Positions 35,029-43,800 of a stretch of 56,167 nt of DNA are shown here, piece after piece. This DNA comes from Candidatus Peribacter sp. UBA6535 (GTDB lineage Bacteria > Patescibacteriota > Gracilibacteria > Peribacterales > Peribacteraceae). Position numbers and translations under genes: made by a program. Location: contig DJKT01000041.1 of NCBI GenBank assembly GCA_002436205.1, forward strand, positions 1 through 56,167, written 5' to 3'. The notes below the pieces were generated by a model, which searched no databases, was not told the origin of the DNA, and saw only the letters and a program-made list of their open reading frames with translations. The number at the start of each line of letters is the position of its first letter. Position 1 is the first letter of the stretch.

Positions 35029-36213
35029 ATGCGCAGTACTGATGAAATACGAAGGCAATTCCCTATCTTTCGCTCAGAAGAGATCATTTATCTTGATTCT
35101 GCAGCTACTGCTCAAAAGCCTCAAATAGTACTGGATGCCATTGATCGATTTTATAAGGAGGAGAATGCCAACGTGCATCGAGGTATGCATATACTGGCCG
35201 AAAAAGCGACGGAAAGCTTTGAGGGGGCACGAGAAACTGTTGCCAATTTTCTTGGAGCAGATCTTCATGAAACTGTCTTCACACATGGATGTACAGAATC
35301 CATCAACCTCGTTGCAATGAGTTGGGGACGCTCCAATCTTAAAAAAGGCGACACTGTTGCCCTCTCTATTCTGGAGCATCACAGCAACATTGTTCCTTGG
35401 TTACAACTCAAAGAAGAAATTGGTATCAATGTGCAGTGGATAGATATAGATGATGATGGATCCCTGATGATTGATAATTTTGATGGTGTACAACTCGTCG
35501 CCATCACAGGGTGCAGTAATGTCCTTGGAGTAAAACCTGATCTCAAATTGATTATTGATACGGCACATGCAGCAGGTGCAAAAGTGGTTGTAGATGCTGC
35601 ACAACTTGTCGTGCATGAAAAGATTGATGTTAAAGAATTGGATTGCGATTTCCTTACGTTCTCCGGACACAAGCTCTACGGACCAACAGGCATCGGCGTG
35701 CTGTACGGAAAGCGAGAACTTCTCGAAAGTATGCCACCATTTCTTGGAGGTGGCATGATGATTGGAGAAGTGAAGAAAGACAGTTTCACCAGTGCAGAAA
35801 TTCCGAATAAGTTTGAAGCAGGCACTCCACCTATCGCGCAAGCTGTAGGACTAAAGGCAGCACTTGATTGGTTATCACAATTTGAGTGGAAATATATTCA
35901 AACACATGAAGATGATTTGATACGTGCCGCAATCGAAACGCTGAATACTATTGAAGGTCTGCATATTCTTGGTAAACCACAAGTCGGATGTGTCAGCTTT
36001 ACGATTGAAGGTATCCACCCACACGATCTGACAGAGATCATCGGAAGAAAAGGAGTGTGTATGCGCGCGGGACATCACTGTGCACAGCCGCTTCATGAGA
36101 GACTTGGCATAAATGCAAGTACCAGACTTTCTGTGGGAATCTATAACACGAAGGAGGATATTGCTCGTGCAAAAGAAGAAATTGAAAAAGCCATTTCAAT
36201 CCTGAAATCCTAG
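35029..36213 (+). CDS. sufS: Cysteine desulfurase, SufS type (class V aminotransferase)
   Basis: 394 aa. It contains IYLDSAATAQKP, NVHRGMH, the PLP-Lys motif FSGHKLYGPTGIGVLYG and the catalytic loop RAGHHCAQPL. Confidence 0.9.
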   Translation: MRSTDEIRRQFPIFRSEEIIYLDSAATAQKPQIVLDAIDRFYKEENANVHRGMHILAEKATESFEGARETVANFLGADLHETVFTHGCTESINLVAMSWGRSNLKKGDTVALSILEHHSNIVPWLQLKEEIGINVQWIDIDDDGSLMIDNFDGVQLVAITGCSNVLGVKPDLKLIIDTAHAAGAKVVVDAAQLVVHEKIDVKELDCDFLTFSGHKLYGPTGIGVLYGKRELLESMPPFLGGGMMIGEVKKDSFTSAEIPNKFEAGTPPIAQAVGLKAALDWLSQFEWKYIQTHEDDLIRAAIETLNTIEGLHILGKPQVGCVSFTIEGIHPHDLTEIIGRKGVCMRAGHHCAQPLHERLGINASTRLSVGIYNTKEDIARAKEEIEKAISILKS

Positions 36214-36233
36214 CCCTTGCCCTTGCCCTATTC

Positions 36234-36644
36234 ATGGATCTTTATGCAGAAAACATCCTCGACCACTATCGTGATCCTCGCCACAAGGGTGAAGGAGGCA
36301 GAGCCAGTGTTTCAAAAGAAGAAGATAACCCTAGCTGTGGCGATCGTCTTACTGTCCATTTGTGGATTGAAAATAATGTGATCGAAAAAATCGAATGGGA
36401 GGGAGTAGGATGCGCCATCTCTCAAGCGGGCATGTCCATCTTCTCGGAAGAACTTGAAGGGAAAACCACAGAAGAGATTTTAAAACTGAACAAAGATGAT
36501 ATCTATGAGCTCCTCGGTGTACCCATTGGCCCTCGTAGATTTAAATGCGCCCTCCTCTGCCTGCATACTGTGAAGAATGCGATTCGAAAATACGAAGGAA
36601 AAGATTCGCAGTCTTGGCTGGAAACAGTTGGGCTAGGAGAATAG
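36234..36644 (+). CDS. sufU: SufU/IscU-like Fe-S cluster assembly sulfur-acceptor protein
   Basis: 136 aa. It contains LYAENILDHYRDPRHKG, NPSCGDRL, GVGCAISQA and RFKCALLCLHTV. Confidence 0.85.
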   Translation: MDLYAENILDHYRDPRHKGEGGRASVSKEEDNPSCGDRLTVHLWIENNVIEKIEWEGVGCAISQAGMSIFSEELEGKTTEEILKLNKDDIYELLGVPIGPRRFKCALLCLHTVKNAIRKYEGKDSQSWLETVGLGE

Positions 36645-36719
36645 TGGAGCCGCCTTCGGGATTTGAACCCGAGACCTTTCGCTTACCATGCGAATGCTCT
36701 ACCCCTGAGCTAAGGCGGC
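36645..36719 (-). tRNA. tRNA-Thr (anticodon GGU), CCA encoded
   Basis: The reverse complement folds as GCCGCCT/TA/GCTC-AGGGGTA-GAGC/A/TTCGC-ATGGTAA-GCGAA/AGGTC/TCGGG-TTCAAAT-CCCGA/AGGCGGC/T/CCA, 75 nt in total. It starts 1 nt after the sufU stop on the opposite strand. Confidence 0.92.
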
Positions 36720-37295
36720 TAGTTGTCCTATGAGGTGATTTCTCAAGTTTCGATTATTGTAATAGATCGTGAGTACGCCATATTTATTTTTCTTACGATA
36801 TGTCCCAATTGATCCTGATTGAGTAACGGTAGTCTTATAAAACTGACGCCTGCTGATCTTAATTTTTTTCTCCCAGAAGTCCAGTGCTTCATTGGGATTA
36901 ACATCGCTGAATATCTGTAAACCAAACCGAAAATCCTGTAGATCTACCCTGTAAAAACGTAGTAAGAACTGCAAAAATTGCCTAACAAGCTCAGGATCAG
37001 TATTGCCAAGACGAACTGATGTTTTATTAGATTTGGTACCTTCGCCCCAATACAAACCAATACCCAAACCATACAATTGATAATCTGCAGTGGACTTTGG
37101 AGGAATAAAAACAAATGGATCTCCATCCGGATTATGCCACTGATACAAAGCATCACCAATCGATCTCCTTGAAATAGAATGCTTTTGCATCCAATATTGT
37201 ACTTTGTGTACAGAACAACCAAGTTTTTCTGCAATTTCTTGCATGGATTTTCCATCCTCCACATACAACGTAGTTAAAATGTCTTTCTCAATCAT
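36699..37295 (-). CDS. HTH-domain protein with a LAGLIDADG-like motif (possible degenerate homing endonuclease or maturase)
   Basis: 198 aa. The N-terminal HTH is GKSMQEIAEKLGCSVHKVQYWMQKH. Next comes YQLYGLGIGLYWGEGTKSNKTSVRLGNTDPELVRQFLQFLLRF, which resembles a single LAGLIDADG motif with its following beta-strands. The 3' 21 nt overlap the 5' end of tRNA-Thr. Confidence 0.45.
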   Translation of the reverse strand: MIEKDILTTLYVEDGKSMQEIAEKLGCSVHKVQYWMQKHSISRRSIGDALYQWHNPDGDPFVFIPPKSTADYQLYGLGIGLYWGEGTKSNKTSVRLGNTDPELVRQFLQFLLRFYRVDLQDFRFGLQIFSDVNPNEALDFWEKKIKISRRQFYKTTVTQSGSIGTYRKKNKYGVLTIYYNNRNLRNHLIGQLAALAQG

Positions 37296-37336
37296 AAAAG
37301 TAATATATCATAAAGGATGTAATATACCAATACACA

Positions 37337-37358
37337 TCAAATCCCGAAGGCGGCTCCA
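37337..37358. repeat. Perfect 22-bp inverted copy of the 3' end of tRNA-Thr (partner at 36645-36666)
   Basis: The + strand at 37337-37358, TCAAATCCCGAAGGCGGCTCCA, is the exact reverse complement of the + strand at 36645-36666. That segment covers the T-loop, T-stem, acceptor 3' strand, discriminator and CCA of the tRNA. Confidence 0.95.
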
Positions 37359-37359
37359 T

Positions 37360-38118
37360 TTATAATACATCTCCTTTAGGTACCGAATGCTCCCATGTGA
37401 ACAAAAAAAGATTTTGTAATGTCCTATACATTGCCTTCGAATCTATTACTACACCAAATAGTTCATTTTGCTCAAAGGACAAAAAACCTACTTTTGTATT
37501 ATCAAATAACGTTAATTCCAAGGGATAGTTTTTAAACGGCAACTCAGCAATACGGTGTTCTGCATAATGAAGAGAATCCTCTTCCGCCTGTACCTCCAGA
37601 TTCCTTTCATTTGCTGGAACAATAATTTTTAGAAAGTTCTTCGCCCTGCGTCGTTGGGTAACCGTACTGCGTATAAGCTCAAAAATCTCTGAAGGCATTT
37701 GCGAATAGTCTGTAAAAATCATTCCGGGTTCTACATTTTTAACTGTGTTCACTTGCAAAATTACTTCTTTTATACCGTCAATACCTTCATAAAAACGCAA
37801 TCGTGGTTTTAGTGGTGAAGAATATGCCATATCAAGCAATGTAGGTAAGGCATTCTCTGCTACCGACAAAGAATGACGAAATCGTTCTATAAGCCCCTGT
37901 GGAGGAAGGGCAGATACTCGCTTAATTCCCTTTCTCATATTTACCGAAAGTATACTTCGCTTGGTCAGCTCATCAATAATGGTATAGACCGTTGAACGCT
38001 TCAATCTAGTCTTGTTTGCAATAGTTCCAATAGTCGCTTCACCACTTTCGAGGACTGCTAGATATATCTTGGACTCCCTTTCTGTAAAGCCATTGAGAGT
38101 AAGAACCTGTTCCAACAT
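37360..38118 (-). CDS. TrmB-family winged-helix transcriptional regulator
   Basis: 252 aa. The N-terminus LNGFTERESKIYLAVLESGEATIGTIANKTRLKRSTVYTIIDELTKRSIL is a typical TrmB HTH, and it is followed by a C-terminal effector-like domain. Confidence 0.75.
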   Translation of the reverse strand: MLEQVLTLNGFTERESKIYLAVLESGEATIGTIANKTRLKRSTVYTIIDELTKRSILSVNMRKGIKRVSALPPQGLIERFRHSLSVAENALPTLLDMAYSSPLKPRLRFYEGIDGIKEVILQVNTVKNVEPGMIFTDYSQMPSEIFELIRSTVTQRRRAKNFLKIIVPANERNLEVQAEEDSLHYAEHRIAELPFKNYPLELTLFDNTKVGFLSFEQNELFGVVIDSKAMYRTLQNLFLFTWEHSVPKGDVL

Positions 38119-38283
38119 GTCTCTATTTTATCATATTGCCGGAAAAAACGACACCTTATTTTAATTCAAAACAGCACATTTAAGCTTTAAAACAGGGTTT
38201 ACTTTTTATGATATTTGAATAAATAAAGTATGTTTATACAATAAAATAGTACTTAAACAATTTACCCCTCTCCTCCTCTTATC

Positions 38284-38961
38284 ATGGATATATCAAACGA
38301 ATTCATCTTCTTTATCACCATGTCTATAGACCTGCTACTAGTTTTGCTTGCAACCAGATGGGGCAAGGAGTGGCTAAAAGTTCTCATAGTCGCGAATTTG
38401 ATTGTAGTGCAATTTTCAGCAGTCAAGAACATCCAATTCTTTGGTTTTGTAGCGAACGCCAGTGCAGTTTTTTATGCTGCAATTTTCCTAGCAACCGATA
38501 TTCTTACCGAGCACTGGGGTAAAAAAGAAGGTCATTTAAGTGTATGGAAGGGCTTTTTAGCTGTTGTCTTTGTTATAGGTTTTGGAAATGCACTCGTGTA
38601 TCTATCTCCAATAGAAACCAATGAGATTACCAACGCTTTTAATGCACTATTTAAGTCAGCACCGAGAATTACAATCGCCAGCTTAACTGCATACGTCATT
38701 GCTCAAAACTTTGACGTTTGGTTGTATCACAAGATTTACCAGAAAACGAAGGGGAAATACTTATGGTTACGTAACAATGGATCTACAATTGTGTCTCAAT
38801 TTCTAGATTCAGTTATATTCTTTGGTCTAGCGTTCTATGGAGTTATTCCGAATATTTGGTCTCTAATAATTACTGGATATGTTGCAAAATTAGTCGTGGC
38901 AATCTTCGATACACCCTTCATCTATCTCTCCTATAAATTATTAGGAAAAAGCAAACAATAG
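38284..38961 (+). CDS. yhhQ: Queuosine-precursor transporter (YhhQ/VUT family, DUF165)
   Basis: 225 aa with about 6 TM segments. It contains FLATDILTEHWGKKEG and AYVIAQNFDVWLYHKIYQKTKGKYLWLRNNGSTIVSQFLDSVIFF. Confidence 0.8.
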   Translation: MDISNEFIFFITMSIDLLLVLLATRWGKEWLKVLIVANLIVVQFSAVKNIQFFGFVANASAVFYAAIFLATDILTEHWGKKEGHLSVWKGFLAVVFVIGFGNALVYLSPIETNEITNAFNALFKSAPRITIASLTAYVIAQNFDVWLYHKIYQKTKGKYLWLRNNGSTIVSQFLDSVIFFGLAFYGVIPNIWSLIITGYVAKLVVAIFDTPFIYLSYKLLGKSKQ

Positions 38962-39093
38962 ACGTAAGGATTGCCCATGTAAAAAAACCGGTGAAGCCAA
39001 AGCCTAATTGGACCCCCTTGTTCATCCAGAACAAGATGGATAGGGGGGAAATTTAATAGACAGAGCCCGATTTAAGATATCAGTCAAAAATCC

Positions 39094-39122
39094 TTGACGT
39101 ATCCCTGTAAAGACCGTAAATT
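39094..39122 (+). promoter_or_regulatory. Candidate sigma-70-type promoter for rpsF-rpsR
   Basis: TTGACG (39094-39099), a 17-nt spacer and TAAATT (39117-39122). A leader of about 55 nt containing the CCTGC...GCAGG hairpin follows before the rpsF ATG. Confidence 0.4.
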
Positions 39123-39179
39123 CTGCTCACTATTTGATTCTCCTGCCGCATTTGACTGCAGGATTTACCCACGAATCAC

Positions 39180-39752
39180 ATGCCAGTACTTGATGAAACC
39201 ACTACAGAAGAAGACGTACGCACCTATGAATTCTGCGTCCTCTACCCCAGTAACCTCTCTCAGAAGGAAGAAGGTGATCTTCTTAAAGAGATAGAAAAAA
39301 CCATTGAGGAACAGGGTGGAAAGCAAGTCAGCAAAGACGCTTGGGGAAAGCGCGGTCTTGCATACAAGATTAAGGGGCATGAAGAGGGAAACTTTGTCGT
39401 GTATTACTACGAACTGGATCCAACCAAGCTACAGGAAATTGATACAGCACTACGCATTACACCAAACCTTCTCCGCCACATTATCGTTAAGCCGCCAAAA
39501 GGATATGAAATTACCAAGTACTCTGAATCGTACGAAACTTGGCTGAAAGAACGTGAGGGTGAAGGTGAACGTAAGCAAAAAGAAAAGGAAGAGAGGTTGG
39601 CACAGAAGGTAGCAGAGAAAGCAAAACGTCAGGTAAAACGTGCTGCTGCTAAGAAAGAGGAAGAAGAGCCTGCCAAGAAATCTGAAACCGATACAAAGAA
39701 GATCTCCGCAGAACTCGACAAACTTATTTCTGATGACGATCTCGATATCTAA
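39180..39752 (+). CDS. rpsF: 30S ribosomal protein S6 with a long charged C-terminal extension
   Basis: 190 aa. The S6 core is YEFCVLYPSNLSQKE...WGKRGLAYKIKGHEEGNFVVYYYELDP...LRITPNLLRHIIV. A Lys/Glu-rich tail of about 80 aa follows and ends in DDDLDI. Confidence 0.9.
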   Translation: MPVLDETTTEEDVRTYEFCVLYPSNLSQKEEGDLLKEIEKTIEEQGGKQVSKDAWGKRGLAYKIKGHEEGNFVVYYYELDPTKLQEIDTALRITPNLLRHIIVKPPKGYEITKYSESYETWLKEREGEGERKQKEKEERLAQKVAEKAKRQVKRAAAKKEEEEPAKKSETDTKKISAELDKLISDDDLDI

Positions 39753-39776
39753 CCCTACTTACTACTCACAAGAATC

Positions 39777-40010
39777 ATGTCACGCAAGCCACAACGCCGC
39801 CAAGACCCCCGCCACAAGAAATGTGAATTCTGCAGCAAGGAAATCGCATACATCGACTACAAAGACTACCCTGCTATGCGTCCATTTATTGATTACTTCG
39901 GTAACATTATGAACCGCTACTACTCAGGGATTTGTCTCAAGCATCAAAAGATGCTGAAAAATTCTGTGGAACGAGCAAGATTTATGGGTATGCTTTCATA
40001 CCGAAAGTAG
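39777..40010 (+). CDS. rpsR: 30S ribosomal protein S18
   Basis: 77 aa. It contains CEFCSKEIAYIDYKDYPAMRPFI...GICLKHQKMLKNSVERARFMGMLSY. Confidence 0.93.
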   Translation: MSRKPQRRQDPRHKKCEFCSKEIAYIDYKDYPAMRPFIDYFGNIMNRYYSGICLKHQKMLKNSVERARFMGMLSYRK

Positions 40011-40023
40011 TTATCCTCCTGAT

Positions 40024-40767
40024 ATGTCTGGTCACAGTAAATGGTCCTCCATCAAGCATAAAAAAGGCGCAGCTGATGCAAAGCGTGGAAAGATTTTTAC
40101 AAAGCATGCAAAGCTGATCGAAATTGCAGCACGTGAAGGAGGTACGGGTGACCTTGCGATGAACGCAGCGCTCAAGGCAGCTGTCGATAATGCGAAAGTC
40201 GCAAACGTCCCGAATGCAAACATTGATAGGTCTATTAAAAAGGGAACAGGAGAACTAAAAGGAGAAGCGACAGTCGGAGTCACCTACGAAGCATATGCCC
40301 CCGGTGGAACTGCGTTGATTATTGAATGTCTGACTGATAACAAAAACCGCACACTCCCTAACGTACGCACGATTATAGAAAAGCGTGGAGGAAAGATGGC
40401 AGAATCGGGATCTGTGATGTTCCTCTTTACACAAAAAGGAGTAGTAACTGCTGCAGGAGAACTAAATGATGACTTGGAACTTTCCCTCATGGACGCCAAT
40501 GTCGAAGATATTGATGCGGGTGATGGCATGGTATCTACAACAGGAGATGCATCCTCATGGCCAAAGGCAAGAGATACATTCAAAGAAGCAGGACTCGAAA
40601 TTGAAGAAGCTGGTATGAAATATGTTCCTCTCCAAGAAGTTACAATTGATAATATTGAAGCAGCCCTTAAGCTAATGGAACTAATAGCCGCTATCGAAGA
40701 AGATGAAGATGTTTCTGATGTGCACACCAATGCAGATATTTCTGATGAAGTGGCTGCGCAAATATAA
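40024..40767 (+). CDS. yebC: YebC/PmpR family DNA-binding transcriptional regulator
   Basis: 247 aa. It contains MSGHSKWSSIKHKKGAADAKRGKIFTKHAKLIEIAAREGG and YEAYAPGGTALIIECLTDNKNRT. Confidence 0.92.
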   Translation: MSGHSKWSSIKHKKGAADAKRGKIFTKHAKLIEIAAREGGTGDLAMNAALKAAVDNAKVANVPNANIDRSIKKGTGELKGEATVGVTYEAYAPGGTALIIECLTDNKNRTLPNVRTIIEKRGGKMAESGSVMFLFTQKGVVTAAGELNDDLELSLMDANVEDIDAGDGMVSTTGDASSWPKARDTFKEAGLEIEEAGMKYVPLQEVTIDNIEAALKLMELIAAIEEDEDVSDVHTNADISDEVAAQI

Positions 40768-40799
40768 AATGTATAATGAAAAATGAATAATTATACATT
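40768..40799. terminator. AT-rich hairpin between convergent yebC and the PBP gene (candidate bidirectional terminator)
   Basis: AATGTATAAT (40768-40777) and ATTATACATT (40790-40799) are exact reverse complements, giving a 10-bp stem with a 12-nt loop. T/A-rich sequence lies on both sides. Confidence 0.4.
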
Positions 40800-40832
40800 C
40801 TTCATTATTAATTTTTCATTCTCATTGTTGAT

Positions 40833-43800
40833 TTAATCGACAGTTAACGTTCTAATGTCCTCGCTACTATTTCCTGACATATCAATCGCTTTAACTTTTA
40901 GCTGATAGACACCTGGATCTTCTTTGATCGTATAGGTCATCTCGTACGGCTCTTTTGGTTTTGTCGTCAGTAAAGTATCTCCAATATAAAACTGCACGTA
41001 TTTGACTCCTCCCTCTTGATCAGTAGCGTCTGCCACCATGCGGAGGTCCCCTCCTCTCGGCAGCCGAATGTCTCCCAAAGGAAGAGTAATATGAATCTGC
41101 GGAGGCCGCTCATCTTCTTCGAATAAGAAGTTCACTCTCGACGTTGCCTTGTTGTAATACTCGTCAGTCAATTCCACAGATAATGTATGACGACCAGATT
41201 CTGAAACTGATCTCGGTACACGAATCACCTGCGTAAATGGCTCGGTATCAACTTTTACAACTTTTTTACCATCAATGGAATATAGCACAGAGAGAACCTT
41301 GGCTTTGGAATTAATTTTGAGCTTTGGCTTAAAGGTAGGATACGTCGCTGTTCCATTTGGAGCAGGAACCACAATATTGACTGACGGTTTCTCTAGACGT
41401 CCGGGTGTCAGCTCTAACGTGCAACTCTCTGTTGGGGCAACAGGCATAGGAAGTAACGCACCGGAATGATCTGGTGCTGCATACCAAAGCTCCATTTGTT
41501 CACCAACCCACTTGCGTACTCCTTCCTCCCAAAATGGCCACCGCTCTGGGAGCAGACTATGAGCAACAATAAAGCTGCCTTCTTCCTGTGCATCGATGGG
41601 ACACTCTTCCGACGCAAGAAGTCGCGTAACTTTATCAATAGTAAGCTGCTTACATGCAGGATCTTGCAACGTAGGCGCTCGCTCTTTCAGGAATACATCC
41701 GCACGTCGATATGCAACGGGCGTACATTCTGTAGGGAACTCCCCGGATAGGGTAGAGATCTGTGGAGTGATAATACCATCAGGTTTATCAAATATTGTTT
41801 TTGGATTCGCAAATGTCCTATGCGCAGATGCCATGAAGTCACGCCAGATGGGACTCGCTGTATTCAATCCACCCGCTTTGTCATACATCGATGCAGAATT
41901 GGCATTACCAACCCATACACCGGCGACTAAGTTTGGTGTGTAACCAATCAGCCAAGCATTATCCGGCTTTCGCAAAATACATGCCTTACGTTTTTTGCCA
42001 GGGATAGGTTCTCCGGTCTCGGTATCAAGCACCGGTACATCCTTCCACTCCAGACACTTATTACTTGTACCGGTCTTTGCTGCAGTTTTGTAACCGGGAA
42101 CAGTAAGTTGCGTCCTCCAATACTCTTCGGGACGAACAGATTCATCACTCAATATAGAAGTAATCTGATACGCAATACGCTCATCAAGCACTTCTTTACC
42201 ATCTCCAGAGTCTTCAGATGCATAGAGGAGGTTACCCTTCTTATCCGTAATCTTGCGAATACTAACAACACCCTGCGAACGTCCACCACGAGCCAAAGCT
42301 GCATATGCACTTACCATTTCGAGAAGTGGTGTCTCTGCAGCACCTAGAGCCAACGGCCATCCGTATTCAAACTCACCACGCTCAAGCTGCAACTCTTCTT
42401 TGCGCTCCAAAGGGGTAGGTGCGCCGAGTGCTGCAACAAGTGTGAGAATTTGATTTTCCTGACCACCCAAGAAGAATGTCTTTGCAGCAGGAACATTACG
42501 AGAAGCGCCAAGTGCACTGCGCATCGTCATCAGCCCTGTAAATTTACCATCGAAATTCTGTGGTTCATCATCACCAATCTTTGTCGGTACATCATAAATA
42601 GGTGTTGCGGGATTATATCCCTTTTGGAATGCAGAGGCGTACACAAATGGCTTAAAGGAAGAGCCCGGCTGCCGAGGAGACCTGGCCATGTCTATCTTTC
42701 CACCATTTTCCTCATCGTTATAATCCATATTTCCCACATAGGCGACAATCTCATTGTTATCAGGATCAATGGCAACAAGAGACATGTTCTCTCCGCCATA
42801 ACGCAGTATCAAATCCTCCCGATGGCGCTCTACTGCATCTTCTGCACGTTGCTGTAGATCCCAATTGAGTGTTGTTTCGATACGCAATCCCCCTTGTTCC
42901 AAGAGTCCCTCTTCTGAAGTACCTAAAAGCATTTCCTCTACTTGCTCTCGCACCCAAAGAACAAAATGTGGAGCACGAATATTTTCACGCGCAGGCTCAA
43001 AGGACATATCCTCTAATTCTTCCAAGGCAACTAGGCGCTCTGCCTCTGTAATCAACCCTTGGTCTTCCATATTGCGAAGCACCTGATCTGTACGGCCTCC
43101 TATATAAAGGAGAACAGATCCTGTTCCAGCATGTGCCCCCAAGAGACCAATAGTAATATCTTCTGGATCTATATCTGATACTTTTGTGATAGATCCATCA
43201 ATAATATCCTGATGCACATTCTCCTCTACCTCTGTATGCACATGACGACCATACGGACTGAAGTATGATGGCCGCTGAGGCAAAGATGCAAGTATTGCCG
43301 ACTGTGCAAGGGTTAACTTATCTGCAGTAGAATTGAAATACTGTTTAGTAGCCTGCTCTACTCCATAGGCATTACGACCAAAGGGAATCCAGTTGAGATA
43401 CAACTCTAGTAGCTCTTCTTTTTCAAACTGTCCTTCAAGCTGACATCCTAAAATGAACTCTTTGATTTTTCTTTGGTAACGGTTTTCCTGCTGTAAGTTC
43501 AGAGCATTGCGTGCAAGCTGTCTGGTAATGGTAGAACCTCCACCAGCACGACCAAGGAGAAAGATGGCACGAGCAATAGCACGCACATCAAGACAACCAC
43601 GATCGTAGAAACGCTCATCTTCAATTGCGATTGCAGCATTCTTCATGTGATCTGGGATACTACTACCCGGAATAAATGTGCGATCTTCTTCGTTAAAGAG
43701 TCGATAGAGCTCTATACCATTACGATCGGTTATAACCGTACTTTGTGATGCCAATAGATTAGTAGGATCCGAAACATCCGGAAGGGTAAACCACAAAAAT

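Noticed and set aside
36545-36733. 62-aa plus-strand ORF crossing the sufU end and tRNA-Thr
   Set aside because: It is out of frame with sufU and consists largely of the antisense tRNA-Thr sequence.
38119-38283. Possible preQ1 riboswitch upstream of the yhhQ queuosine-precursor transporter
   Set aside because: I looked for the preQ1-I signature, a short hairpin followed by an A-rich tail ending in ACUA/AAGG near the RBS. I found only an AT-rich spacer and a C/T-rich tract. No convincing fold could be drawn by hand, so a covariance-model scan would be needed to revisit this.
40284-40730. 148-aa minus-strand ORF antisense to yebC
   Set aside because: The product is Ser-rich and low-complexity. 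yebC on the + strand is unambiguous.
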